The notes under the pieces: generated by a model
Told to the model about the DNA's origin: nothing
Seen by the model: the letters and a program-made list of their open reading frames with translations, nothing else
The model's database searches: none
Translations under genes and position numbers: made by a program
Shown here: in pieces, positions 8,806 through 17,621 of the stretch
Layout: each line of letters begins with the position of its first letter
How positions within the stretch are numbered: position 1 is the stretch's first letter
IMG/VR virus record: IMGVR_UViG_3300030105_001413
Coordinates: 1-40,965 of that record
DNA length: 40,965 nt
Source: a virus
Lineage: Duplodnaviria > Caudoviricetes
Direction: 5' to 3' (one strand)

Positions 8806-11597
8806 TGTTCGCGATTTACTAATATGTCAGGAATAATAGCGAGGATAGACATTGGAAGTGGATCACGTTGTCGAATAACCAATCGACCATTGCGATTCCA
8901 CCTAGATGTAATAGTAGTGATCTGATCTCCCGTTAGAAGTTCAGTTGGCTCGCCATAAGCTTCAAATTCACGTTGTTTCATTTCAACAAGTTCGTTGATA
9001 GTGGGTCCAATCCACATGCCTCGTGATCTTTCAAAGCGCACAGTGACAGTAGATATGTTCTTAAACTTACTTTGTTGTGTACCACGACTAGCTGTTCTAG
9101 ATTCAGGGTCAAGAGTTTCAATCTCAGACGTGTATGGCAAACCAACATGTATCCGGCTAAATTTACGAGGTAAAGTAAGTTCTCCAAAAGCAGACACAGT
9201 TAGATTACTGATGACATTCCCATCAGCCAAAACAGTTACACGTGTATCTGGAAACTGATGAAGACCTGTAACAGTAGAAACTGCTTTTCTTACTTGACCT
9301 CCACTAACATAAGCTTGGAAAGCCGTTGTGTTAACGGCTACTCCAGTATCATTGTCGATAAGAGTGAATGTATTAGTTGTTTTATTGTCTACTGTAAATC
9401 TTTTCTTATTCAACTGATCAGGTTGAATGAAGTTACCATAAGCGTCTTCAGTTGCTTTCCATACGATACCAGTGATATCTACTTTATCATCATCTACAAA
9501 AGGATGACCCGTGACAGTTAATACACCTGGACTAGCAAGAGTGATTCCTGAGATCGTACTAGGAGAATCTAAAGAAAGACCAGAATCAACAAAGAAACAG
9601 TCTTCAACATCTTCAAACCCACGGTCATGTGTCCGCTCAATAAGACGAACAGTGTTTCCGTTAATAACACGTTTTACAACTACATACGCTTCTTTACTCG
9701 TCGAAGCGATAGTAGGTCGAATAGAAGCAATGCTTTCAAATTCACCATCTGTGTTCATGGTAGTCCAGCCGACTACATCCTGTTCTTCATTGAAAGTTAA
9801 AACATTAAGATCGCCATCACTCATAATCATATATACAAGTGGTTCAGGCGCTTCAACAAAAGCCCAATCAATTGCTGTTCTATTTCGGAATAGATGTGGG
9901 ACAAGGATAGACGCTTCAGAAGCAGAATAAGCATCATCTTGGAATGTATAACCAGAAGCTCTAACTTGTGTCCCTGTTTCTGAAATAAACAAAGCCTTAT
10001 TACCAATCACAATAGGTGGAACTTGAGAGCATCCCCAAGATGTCTGAGGTTCCTGTGAAATAGTAGAGATAGAAAATCTAGAATCTCCAGTAGTTGAACG
10101 GAAAGCCCATTCAGCACCACTTGTGAATACAAGTAGATCACCAAGAGAAACATAATGCCGGATCTCATTAATCTCACGAGAGGCAATAGTCGTAGTAAAA
10201 CCATCTGATTCAGTTGCAGGAGATCGACGGCTAAAGTTATTAGAGCTACCGATAACAGAGAACCATGACGTATCAGGTTTTTCAGTACTACCACCCATAA
10301 CAGAACGCTGCTGATGGAATGCGACTGCTCCTGGTTTATAGCCATCAAGAATAAATGGCTCTGTGAATGTTGGAGGAGTGATTGCTGTATCAGCTACGAT
10401 ACCTGTGTCCAAGAAAGAAGTACCAGCAGAAGATCCAATCCATCCCATTACGCCTGCGGACAGTTTATAAATACTATACCTTACAGCGTCATCGTTACCC
10501 GTCCATGAGATAGTAACACCTGAGTTATTAGAGCTTGTCGTAAAACACGGTGTGACTGTACCCGCTGATGACCAAGCTGTGTAGTTAGTTGTATCTTCTC
10601 CACGCAACTCAAAAGTAGTAGATGCTTTATTTGCAACAGTGAACCGTCTGCCATTCAACTGTGTCATACCAACAATACTAGTAATCTCTACAAGGTCTCC
10701 ATCGACTAGACCATGTGTTCCTGTACACGTGACAACACCAGGATCAGCCCTAGTGATAGCACTGATTGTAGAAGCAGAGGGAGCCACACCGACACCCTGC
10801 AAACTTTCTTCTTCTTCTTCTGAGTGAGCTGTTACAGTGTAGTGTGTTGCTGAACCAGATCCACCAGAAGCAGTAACTGCTGTTGGATCGGCGATTGTCG
10901 GAGAGAATGCAATTTCAGCCAAAGCCCAACTAGCTAGAGCAGAACGTTTAAGAGTTCTAGGGTTATGGGCTGGGTGAACAATTGTCAGTGTGTCGGCAGT
11001 TTGTGCAAATTTTATAAGAGGGAGTTCGGCAGTGAGATAAGGAGATGCGATTTCATAGATCCTAGAAGCAGAACCAGCAGATCCATAGGTGCCCATACTA
11101 GTGCCATTGACATTACCACCCGAGTAAACGTCCTGTAAAGCAAAAGTATGTGTTGACGAACTGGCAACCTTAAATCGATTTCCATTAATCTGTGTCATAC
11201 CTACAACACCGCTAATGTAGACTTCATCTCCGTTACTGTACCCATGAGATGTTGCTGTGATGACAATAGGATTGGCATTTGTTGCACCAGAGATGGTCTT
11301 GGCTGCTTCAGTAATATGAGCATCATTACGAATGAATCTAATATACTGGTTTCCAAACTCAAGAATGTGTGTATCAGTAGATTTAAACTGAAACTCAATC
11401 AGTCTAGGAGCAGCAGCCTGATCTTTAACAGGTCCAATAAATTGAAAACCAGGGCGGTTAGAAATTCCGCCAAACTGGTGTACAAACATATTGCTTGCTC
11501 GACGTAGACTGTTCTGATAGAAAGGAATATCTACTCTGCCATACAGAGCAGGTCCGATTTCTCCTCGTGAGAACGAAGACTTAATAACTTTAGACAT
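8802..11597 (-). CDS. Tail tubular protein B / nozzle (gp12-like) with three FCCH-like insert domains
   Basis: SFSRGEIGP, RPGF, AQTAD, PGAVAFHQQR and VGLPY motifs; three TIS[GA]xTxAxPxVxT..HG...D.V.I.G repeats. Confidence 0.9.
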   Translation of the reverse strand: MSKVIKSSFSRGEIGPALYGRVDIPFYQNSLRRASNMFVHQFGGISNRPGFQFIGPVKDQAAAPRLIEFQFKSTDTHILEFGNQYIRFIRNDAHITEAAKTISGATNANPIVITATSHGYSNGDEVYISGVVGMTQINGNRFKVASSSTHTFALQDVYSGGNVNGTSMGTYGSAGSASRIYEIASPYLTAELPLIKFAQTADTLTIVHPAHNPRTLKRSALASWALAEIAFSPTIADPTAVTASGGSGSATHYTVTAHSEEEEESLQGVGVAPSASTISAITRADPGVVTCTGTHGLVDGDLVEITSIVGMTQLNGRRFTVANKASTTFELRGEDTTNYTAWSSAGTVTPCFTTSSNNSGVTISWTGNDDAVRYSIYKLSAGVMGWIGSSAGTSFLDTGIVADTAITPPTFTEPFILDGYKPGAVAFHQQRSVMGGSTEKPDTSWFSVIGSSNNFSRRSPATESDGFTTTIASREINEIRHYVSLGDLLVFTSGAEWAFRSTTGDSRFSISTISQEPQTSWGCSQVPPIVIGNKALFISETGTQVRASGYTFQDDAYSASEASILVPHLFRNRTAIDWAFVEAPEPLVYMIMSDGDLNVLTFNEEQDVVGWTTMNTDGEFESIASIRPTIASTSKEAYVVVKRVINGNTVRLIERTHDRGFEDVEDCFFVDSGLSLDSPSTISGITLASPGVLTVTGHPFVDDDKVDITGIVWKATEDAYGNFIQPDQLNKKRFTVDNKTTNTFTLIDNDTGVAVNTTAFQAYVSGGQVRKAVSTVTGLHQFPDTRVTVLADGNVISNLTVSAFGELTLPRKFSRIHVGLPYTSEIETLDPESRTASRGTQQSKFKNISTVTVRFERSRGMWIGPTINELVEMKQREFEAYGEPTELLTGDQITTITSRWNRNGRLVIRQRDPLPMSILAIIPDILVNREQ

Positions 11598-12205
11598 TAA
11601 CGCCCCCTAATCCATTCTGCATCGCGTGGCGGAGCTTGAACCTCTTCGTTTGCATTACGTGCAGCAGCAATACGAATAAACCCAATGTATTTCTGTAACA
11701 TTGCATCTTGAATTTCTGGGGAATTTGTAAGTGGCATAGAGATATAATGTGCTAACAGATAAGACAGACCAGTGATAAATGTAGTCGAGAACAAATTTAC
11801 TTCAGTAGCATTAAACGTGTAGTCAACCTGTGCATCTTCAAGGTCAATCAGTATCGTTTCAGTCTCTCCATTAAGACTGTTTTCAATACGGTATGGGATT
11901 GCATCTACATCTGGACCAGAAGGATTTACAATCTTTCGTATAGACACACAATCTACTGGACGTTGGTAACGATACCCCCACAGTACAGGAGGTGCGTCAC
12001 TGTGTAAAGCCAAGTCTGCTGTTTTTCGTGCAAAATTCCAGTCTGAACTCTCAAGAACTTGTAGACGTGCAAAGTCATACCACAGGCTGGTAACGTTTGC
12101 CTCAGTACTAAGTTCACTGAAGCTCTGAATCGTTCCACTGTTCCCAATGTTCGACAAAGCCAGGTTCGCAATACGAACATCGCTCATAGTACTGAGATAG
12201 GCCAT
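11597..12205 (-). CDS. Tail tubular protein A / adaptor (gp11-like)
   Basis: IANLALSNIG, WNFARK and WGYRYQRPVDC motifs; synteny. Confidence 0.85.
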   Translation of the reverse strand: MAYLSTMSDVRIANLALSNIGNSGTIQSFSELSTEANVTSLWYDFARLQVLESSDWNFARKTADLALHSDAPPVLWGYRYQRPVDCVSIRKIVNPSGPDVDAIPYRIENSLNGETETILIDLEDAQVDYTFNATEVNLFSTTFITGLSYLLAHYISMPLTNSPEIQDAMLQKYIGFIRIAAARNANEEVQAPPRDAEWIRGR

Positions 12206-12206
12206 T

Positions 12207-12500
12207 TTACTTATCCTTCTTTTTCTTATAAGACGTAACTTTCTTAGTTACAGAAGGCTTAGGGACACAAAAGTCAACAGGAACTTCTTCCTCTTTTTCA
12301 ACTACCTTGTCTTCCTCAACCGTCTTATCTTCTTTTTCCTCTTCACTATATATAATCTCTGATCCTGTAGGAAGATAGTTTTTCCATACTGTCTCAATCT
12401 CATGGACGCCCGCTACATAGTAATGGCCGCTCATACGTCCACCAGCAGTTCCAAGATGAACTGTAGGCGCAAACCATGGGAAACGTAGTTTAACTTGCAT
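12207..12500 (-). CDS. Hypothetical protein (charged C-terminus)
   Basis: 97 aa ORF, GGAG RBS, fills the gap between the capsid module and tail tube A. Confidence 0.7.
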   Translation of the reverse strand: MQVKLRFPWFAPTVHLGTAGGRMSGHYYVAGVHEIETVWKNYLPTGSEIIYSEEEKEDKTVEEDKVVEKEEEVPVDFCVPKPSVTKKVTSYKKKKDK

Positions 12501-12529
12501 TAGTTTCTCCAGAACAGTTATTGTGACAA

Positions 12530-12562
12530 TAGAAATAGGGAGGAAGTTTAATTACCTCCCCC
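12530..12562 (-). terminator. Rho-independent terminator after the capsid genes
   Basis: Minus strand GGGAGG-11 nt-CCTCCC followed by TATTTCTATT, just downstream of the Bbp16-like gene; analogous in position to T7 T-phi. Confidence 0.75.
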
Positions 12563-12575
12563 CTACTCTCTATTA

Positions 12576-13055
12576 TTAGTTAGAGCCGTCTGGATAAGGC
12601 TTCCAACCAATTGGGTCCATCGTCAAGAAGGCATTGATAGCGCCTGCTGTGACAGTGTTCGTAGCGACAGTACACAGCACACCAAGAAAGCGTTCATAAG
12701 GAACACCCTGTAGTGGCAAAGCGATAACAACCGGGTAACCACCAACATTAAGTTCTGGCGAGTTAGCCGCTACATCATCAGTGATAAAGTCATGCGACTG
12801 ATAATGGATAGTAGCTGAACCATCCGTTGCGATACCCGCTACAGCGTCAGATGCAAGAGTGAAAATAATCGTACCAGCAGAGCCGCCAGTGATGATTTCA
12901 GTAGATACATTGATGACGAAGTACATCGGATCACCATTACCAATATCCCGCTGAACAGCAGAGAGATCAATCACGTCACCGATCAGTGCAGTACCCGCAC
13001 CTGCTGCAACGCTAACTGCGTCCGCAAATTCGAGATTAGAGTCAAGAATAGCCAT
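12576..13055 (-). CDS. Bbp16-like capsid cement/decoration protein
   Basis: MAILDSNLEFAD...DVIDL...RDIGNG...ERFLG...VTAGAINAFL; immediately after the major capsid gene. Confidence 0.8.
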   Translation of the reverse strand: MAILDSNLEFADAVSVAAGAGTALIGDVIDLSAVQRDIGNGDPMYFVINVSTEIITGGSAGTIIFTLASDAVAGIATDGSATIHYQSHDFITDDVAANSPELNVGGYPVVIALPLQGVPYERFLGVLCTVATNTVTAGAINAFLTMDPIGWKPYPDGSN

Positions 13056-13079
13056 TATTTATTCTCCTATTTATTCAGT

Positions 13080-14105
13080 TCAGGTGACGAGGGCTTCGTC
13101 AGCAGAAAGCGCGTCAACACGACGCATTGGAATCCCGTTAAAACGTTCAGTCCAACGCTGATCACCAGAAACATTTTCAGCTTCAGTGAAGGATGAAAGG
13201 CCCATAGCAGCCTTCTGACGAGAAACAGTCGAAGCGATATCTCGACTCATATAGAACGATGCGCGACCTGCATTGAGGTTCGGGATAAGACGCATACTCT
13301 GGAACATAAGATCAGGCAGATTTGCGCCCGAAGCAAAGGTTCCCGCATTAAACACAGCGGAAAGAAGGCTCTTATCAATGTTCGGGATACGAACAACATA
13401 GCGCCAGTCACGAACCGTGAGACCAACGTCCCAGCGATAGTGAGTACGATATGCTTCATAACGACCCGTATTAGAACCGTCACTAGCATCTTCGACAGTA
13501 ACCTGGCCTTTGTCAGTAACCTGCAATCCAGCTTTGCTGCCCTTCGGAACAATACCGTGACAGGTCTGCGGACCCCAAACAACCAGCCAAATAGATGCGT
13601 TATCCGTACCGCTGCCGCCACCGGCAATGATGTTGTCAGCATTCTCAGCAGCAAGATCATTGAATCGCGGGCTAAATCCGGTAAAGGCTTCAGGTTCAGT
13701 TCCTTCATTGCCATAGAAAAGCGTAGAAGCAACCTTCTGATTCATACCCTGAAGGAACGCACGGTCTTCCTGGAAACGGAAGGCAGCAGAGTTGCCATTC
13801 AGGTCAGCGAGAGCCTTGTCAATTTCTGCATAGGCTTCAAGCATACCAGTGTTGTCAGTAACCTGAACGGTCGAGCTTTTCTGCTGCTTGACACCTTCAT
13901 ACATCTTACGGAACGTAGGGGTCGGAAGACCAGTACGGATCGTAGTGCGGTTACCTGTAGGAAGATTGCCTTCAATCCAGGACATTTCATCCAAGATTTC
14001 ATTGTCTTCCGACAGTACTTCAGCGACCATGGCAATCTTGCCATCAGGGTCCGTTGCACGAGCAAGGTCGAGCATCGTAGGGTTAAGACTAGAGAGAGTA
14101 GCCAT
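13080..14105 (-). CDS. Major capsid protein (BPP-1 Bbp17-like)
   Basis: 341 aa; EGNLPTG, RTGLP, SIWLVVWG and GLTVRDWRYVVRI motifs; AGGAG RBS. Confidence 0.95.
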   Translation of the reverse strand: MATLSSLNPTMLDLARATDPDGKIAMVAEVLSEDNEILDEMSWIEGNLPTGNRTTIRTGLPTPTFRKMYEGVKQQKSSTVQVTDNTGMLEAYAEIDKALADLNGNSAAFRFQEDRAFLQGMNQKVASTLFYGNEGTEPEAFTGFSPRFNDLAAENADNIIAGGGSGTDNASIWLVVWGPQTCHGIVPKGSKAGLQVTDKGQVTVEDASDGSNTGRYEAYRTHYRWDVGLTVRDWRYVVRIPNIDKSLLSAVFNAGTFASGANLPDLMFQSMRLIPNLNAGRASFYMSRDIASTVSRQKAAMGLSSFTEAENVSGDQRWTERFNGIPMRRVDALSADEALVT

Positions 14106-14122
14106 TTGTTTTTTAGCTCCTG

Positions 14123-14779
14123 TTAATTCATGTCAGGGAAGAGAACCTTTGCTCGGTCCACTGGGGCCGAGGTGTTAGCTCCTTCCACCATTACTTTATC
14201 TTCCTTGAGTGTCTTGCCAACTCTGTAGAGAAGACGAATAAACTCAGGGTGGTTTCCCATTCCCGTAAGCTCAACAGCCTCAGATAGTTCTGGGGTGCCA
14301 AACTTTTCAAGGGCCTGTTTAGCAACACCGAGGTTGGCAGAAAATTCTTTACCGCCAATCTCTTTGTCTTTCTTAGTTTCGGCCTGCCACTCATTCTTGA
14401 GTGAAGTCCAATTCTCAGCAAGCGCCTCGACATTTGAGGTTTGGAGATCAGTTTGCATATTAATAAGAAACTGAGCTTGATCTTGTGACAGATTCATATC
14501 CTTAGCTGCTTCAGTGAAACGACTAGAAAATTCCTCTGACAATTCGAAACCTTCAGGTAGATCGAAAGCTTCGTAAGATTCAGGAGCGCCTTCCGTCTTA
14601 GCTACGTCAGTTTTACTGTCCGTATCCTTTGCGGGACTTTCCTTTTCTACTTCTTCTGAACTAGTCTCTTCAACTGTATCAGAAGCAGTAATCAGTGTAC
14701 TGTTGTCTTCTTCTACAACAGGTGTCGTGTCATCACCATCGGTGGGAGTCTGGGTGCTGACTTCTTTTTCTTCACTCAT
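14123..14779 (-). CDS. Capsid scaffolding protein
   Basis: Acidic N-terminus, APESYEAFDLPEG, LSQDQAQ and TGMGNHPEFIR motifs; upstream of the capsid gene. Confidence 0.85.
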   Translation of the reverse strand: MSEEKEVSTQTPTDGDDTTPVVEEDNSTLITASDTVEETSSEEVEKESPAKDTDSKTDVAKTEGAPESYEAFDLPEGFELSEEFSSRFTEAAKDMNLSQDQAQFLINMQTDLQTSNVEALAENWTSLKNEWQAETKKDKEIGGKEFSANLGVAKQALEKFGTPELSEAVELTGMGNHPEFIRLLYRVGKTLKEDKVMVEGANTSAPVDRAKVLFPDMN

Positions 14780-15093
14780 TAGTGATTGTCCTTATTATTG
14801 TTTTCTGCGCTCATTTTAGCATAGGCATTAGGAACTGTTTTAAGAATATCTTCTAACATCTCCAGTCCTATTGAGCGTTTTCCTTCATTAAAAAATGTGG
14901 TGCTATTTCCAGTAAAAGAACTTTTGTATATTCCACAAGAAGTAAGAAGCTTCCAAATATAATTACGTCCAGACTGAGTTTCGAGAACTTGTTTAATATC
15001 TTCATTCTCGCCTTCACGTTTAATCTGTGCTCGTGTCTTTTTACGTTTTACATGAGCAGGATCACCCGCATCATATTTTGTTTTATTTTCCAA
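14779..15093 (-). CDS. Bbp19-like protein
   Basis: TTG start with GGAG RBS; VLETQSGR..IW..L..CG and FFNEGKRSIGL motifs. Confidence 0.8.
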   Translation of the reverse strand: MENKTKYDAGDPAHVKRKKTRAQIKREGENEDIKQVLETQSGRNYIWKLLTSCGIYKSSFTGNSTTFFNEGKRSIGLEMLEDILKTVPNAYAKMSAENNNKDNH

Positions 15094-15094
15094 T

Positions 15095-15211
15095 TTATTT
15101 TCTCTCCTTCTGTGTTACGATGGGAAGAGTGATAGGTTTATCACACACGCATGTAGGACAAGGTGGTGACTTAGGGACTTCACATGCTATTTTCCTATTA
15201 GCCACTAGCAT
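15095..15211 (-). CDS. Possible small Cys-rich protein (38 aa)
   Basis: MLVANRKIACEVPKSPPCPTCVCDKPITLPIVTQKERK fills the portal-Bbp19 gap exactly; no clear RBS. Confidence 0.35.
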   Translation of the reverse strand: MLVANRKIACEVPKSPPCPTCVCDKPITLPIVTQKERK

Positions 15212-16859
15212 CTGCCATGCCTGATCCAACATCAACAGCATTCTTAGCTGCTTTACTGCCACTGAGTGCAGCAGATGCCTGCTGCTGTTGCATAACAGCT
15301 TCTGCTTGTACTTGTTGTGCTTCAGCTCTTTGTTGGCGCATAGCTTGTACTTGTTCATCGGGGATGACAAGAGAAGGTGTTGCTCCGGTAAGCTGAATAT
15401 AACGTTCCAAAGCCTCATCAGCATTGAACTTATCTAGCACCTGTGGGTCGATTTGTGCCAACTGTGCAGCAAACAAAGAAGAACGTTCAATAGTAGAGAC
15501 TTCGTATGCCCGTTGGGCTTGTGCTAATGCACTGATGAAACGAATATTAAGAGAGCTGCCTTGAAGTTCAGCCGGTGCAGGAGGTAGGATGTTAGCACGG
15601 AGGATCTGATTGAAACTACGTTCTACAATCTTACCGAGGAAATCCTGCTGTAGGCGCTCAAGCGGTGGTCCAAGCATAAGGAGTCGTTCCTCATTACGCT
15701 GGGTCAGTTCAAGCTGGTTACGTGGCTGAACACCTTCCATAGCTGAGATGGCTAGAAACAGATCAACGAAGTAAGCTTCATTGACACGGCGCTCAATAGC
15801 GTCAATATCCATACGCAGTTCATTAATTCTAGGCTCAACCTGGTAGATTGGAGAAAGTCCTTCTCTCCCACCGTCTCCATCATAAATAGTCAGTCCGCCA
15901 GGAAGAGAGGCAACAGGGACATCCCTGAGAGAAGGAGGACCTTTGAGAGGAGGATTGACCATCTTGTCAATAGCCTGTGCCTTACGCTTCTCCATGATCT
16001 GTAGACTCTTGATGTCTCCCAAACTCATCATTGACGGAGAGTTAGTCCCATAAATATCTTCTTGTGTCAATGCCCATCGTGCGACATGGACTGGGAACTC
16101 TTCAAAACCACTTTCCTTTAGAAACTTTCCTTCATTTGAAGTTGGCTCATACCACAAAGATACAAAAGGCATCTCCAGATTAGATGGGCTATCGGGTTCA
16201 AATTTATCATTTGGCATAATAAACTGAGTGACAGGATACCAAGCATCAAGCTTCTGTGTCTCAAATGCATCTTTAACAGTAGCTGATACATTATCAATCC
16301 CAAAAGACTGAACGATCTGTCTTACTGTAAGTTCTCGTTTCAGTACAAATGTATCGACTTCAAACTTATCATTCTGTGCAATATAATAACTACCAGCAGT
16401 GTGCGTAAAGAAATGAGACACTGTGTCAAAGTCATCTACATGTGACATAGCCGCTGTGCCAAACAATCCGACTTCGCCAAGTGCCACAGGTGCCATATTA
16501 TATAAGTTAGAGTCAAGGAACACTGTACGCATAATGTTCTCTGCCGTCCACAGCCACTGTTTGACTGCTTCACTCTTCATTAGATCCTGCTGCATGGGTT
16601 CTAGTTTGAACCATGGTCGAGCAGGAGACATAATCCCAGCAAACATACCGCTCTGAAATGTACGAAGAGCCTGCGATCCGCGAGAATTAATAATCTTAGT
16701 GTTACGCCTATCGCCTTTGTTATGATCTGTTATAAAAAATCGTCCCCGGCGAGGTTCTACATAATCCGAAAGTTCCATCCAATGACTAATAAACGAACTA
16801 CGTTCTTTGTCCATGGAAGAGACACGACTATTTAATTCGTTAATTCGTTTAACAGTCAT
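15198..16859 (-). CDS. Portal (head-tail connector, T7 gp8 family)
   Basis: 553 aa; SPARPWF, FPVHVARW...YG, LGDIKSLQ, NPPL and ERLLMLGPPLERL motifs. Confidence 0.95.
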   Translation of the reverse strand: MTVKRINELNSRVSSMDKERSSFISHWMELSDYVEPRRGRFFITDHNKGDRRNTKIINSRGSQALRTFQSGMFAGIMSPARPWFKLEPMQQDLMKSEAVKQWLWTAENIMRTVFLDSNLYNMAPVALGEVGLFGTAAMSHVDDFDTVSHFFTHTAGSYYIAQNDKFEVDTFVLKRELTVRQIVQSFGIDNVSATVKDAFETQKLDAWYPVTQFIMPNDKFEPDSPSNLEMPFVSLWYEPTSNEGKFLKESGFEEFPVHVARWALTQEDIYGTNSPSMMSLGDIKSLQIMEKRKAQAIDKMVNPPLKGPPSLRDVPVASLPGGLTIYDGDGGREGLSPIYQVEPRINELRMDIDAIERRVNEAYFVDLFLAISAMEGVQPRNQLELTQRNEERLLMLGPPLERLQQDFLGKIVERSFNQILRANILPPAPAELQGSSLNIRFISALAQAQRAYEVSTIERSSLFAAQLAQIDPQVLDKFNADEALERYIQLTGATPSLVIPDEQVQAMRQQRAEAQQVQAEAVMQQQQASAALSGSKAAKNAVDVGSGMADASG

Positions 16860-16860
16860 A

Positions 16861-17331
16861 TTATGTTCCTAGAAGTGCAGGTGTAGCACTGCTTCCTGTA
16901 GAAGTAAGGGAGCCAGAAGATCCTGCTAAACCAGCAATTTTTTTCTTTCTATTTATAATGTTTGCCCTCACTGCGTCTGCTCCATCTGGAGAACCGGGAG
17001 GCTTATAGTTGGGATGACCAACTGGGAAGAAGCCTGATGTGGTCAGAGGGTTAGCTCCAGCGAATGTGTACTCGGGCCGAGGGCCTGCGGGAATACGGTC
17101 GGAGTTGCCGCTGCCCTTTCCCATGTCTGAAGACGGAGGAGAGCTTGGATTTATGTTGCTTGAATTACCAAAATTTGCTGCGATATCATTAATAGCATTA
17201 ACAATGCTAGCAAATGCGCCACCACTCTTACCTTTTTTGTTGCCTATCTTTCCAGGACTGGCGCTTCCCATTCCTTTAGCAGGCGCTCCAAGCGTACCTG
17301 CCCGACTCATACGGTCTCCATACGCCGCCAT
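16861..17331 (-). CDS. Low-complexity virion-associated protein ending ALLGT
   Basis: 156 aa Gly/Ser/Pro-rich; C-terminal LLG motif typical of the small gene upstream of podoviral portals. Confidence 0.65.
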   Translation of the reverse strand: MAAYGDRMSRAGTLGAPAKGMGSASPGKIGNKKGKSGGAFASIVNAINDIAANFGNSSNINPSSPPSSDMGKGSGNSDRIPAGPRPEYTFAGANPLTTSGFFPVGHPNYKPPGSPDGADAVRANIINRKKKIAGLAGSSGSLTSTGSSATPALLGT

Positions 17332-17332
17332 T

Positions 17333-17611
17333 TTATGCTCCTAAAAGTGTAGGTGTTGCAAATTTTTCATTTTCTTTATCTGATAGACCGGCTAGACTAG
17401 TTCCAACTGCATCATCACGCAGATTTTTTAGATTACGCCTACGACGATCTTGCTCAGCAGCAATACCAGCAGATACTGTAGGAGCTGGGTCATCTTTAAT
17501 CTCAGAAGGGAGAGGGGTTGGTTGGATTTTTGGTGAGTCTTTGGCCGACCTAGAAGAGATTACAGTTGAAGCTATACTCAACAAAGCCGGTACTATAACT
17601 GATGCGCCCAT
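17333..17611 (-). CDS. Small virion-associated protein ending TLLGA
   Basis: 92 aa; hydrophobic N-terminus, Pro-rich linker, RRRR, C-terminal TLLG; AGGAG RBS. Confidence 0.7.
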   Translation of the reverse strand: MGASVIVPALLSIASTVISSRSAKDSPKIQPTPLPSEIKDDPAPTVSAGIAAEQDRRRRNLKNLRDDAVGTSLAGLSDKENEKFATPTLLGA

Positions 17612-17621
17612 GAGCTTCTCC

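Noticed and set aside
12519-12528. TGTCACAAT after the capsid terminator as another late promoter
   Set aside because: Only the -35-like box matches; no GGTA/CGTA at 16-17 nt.
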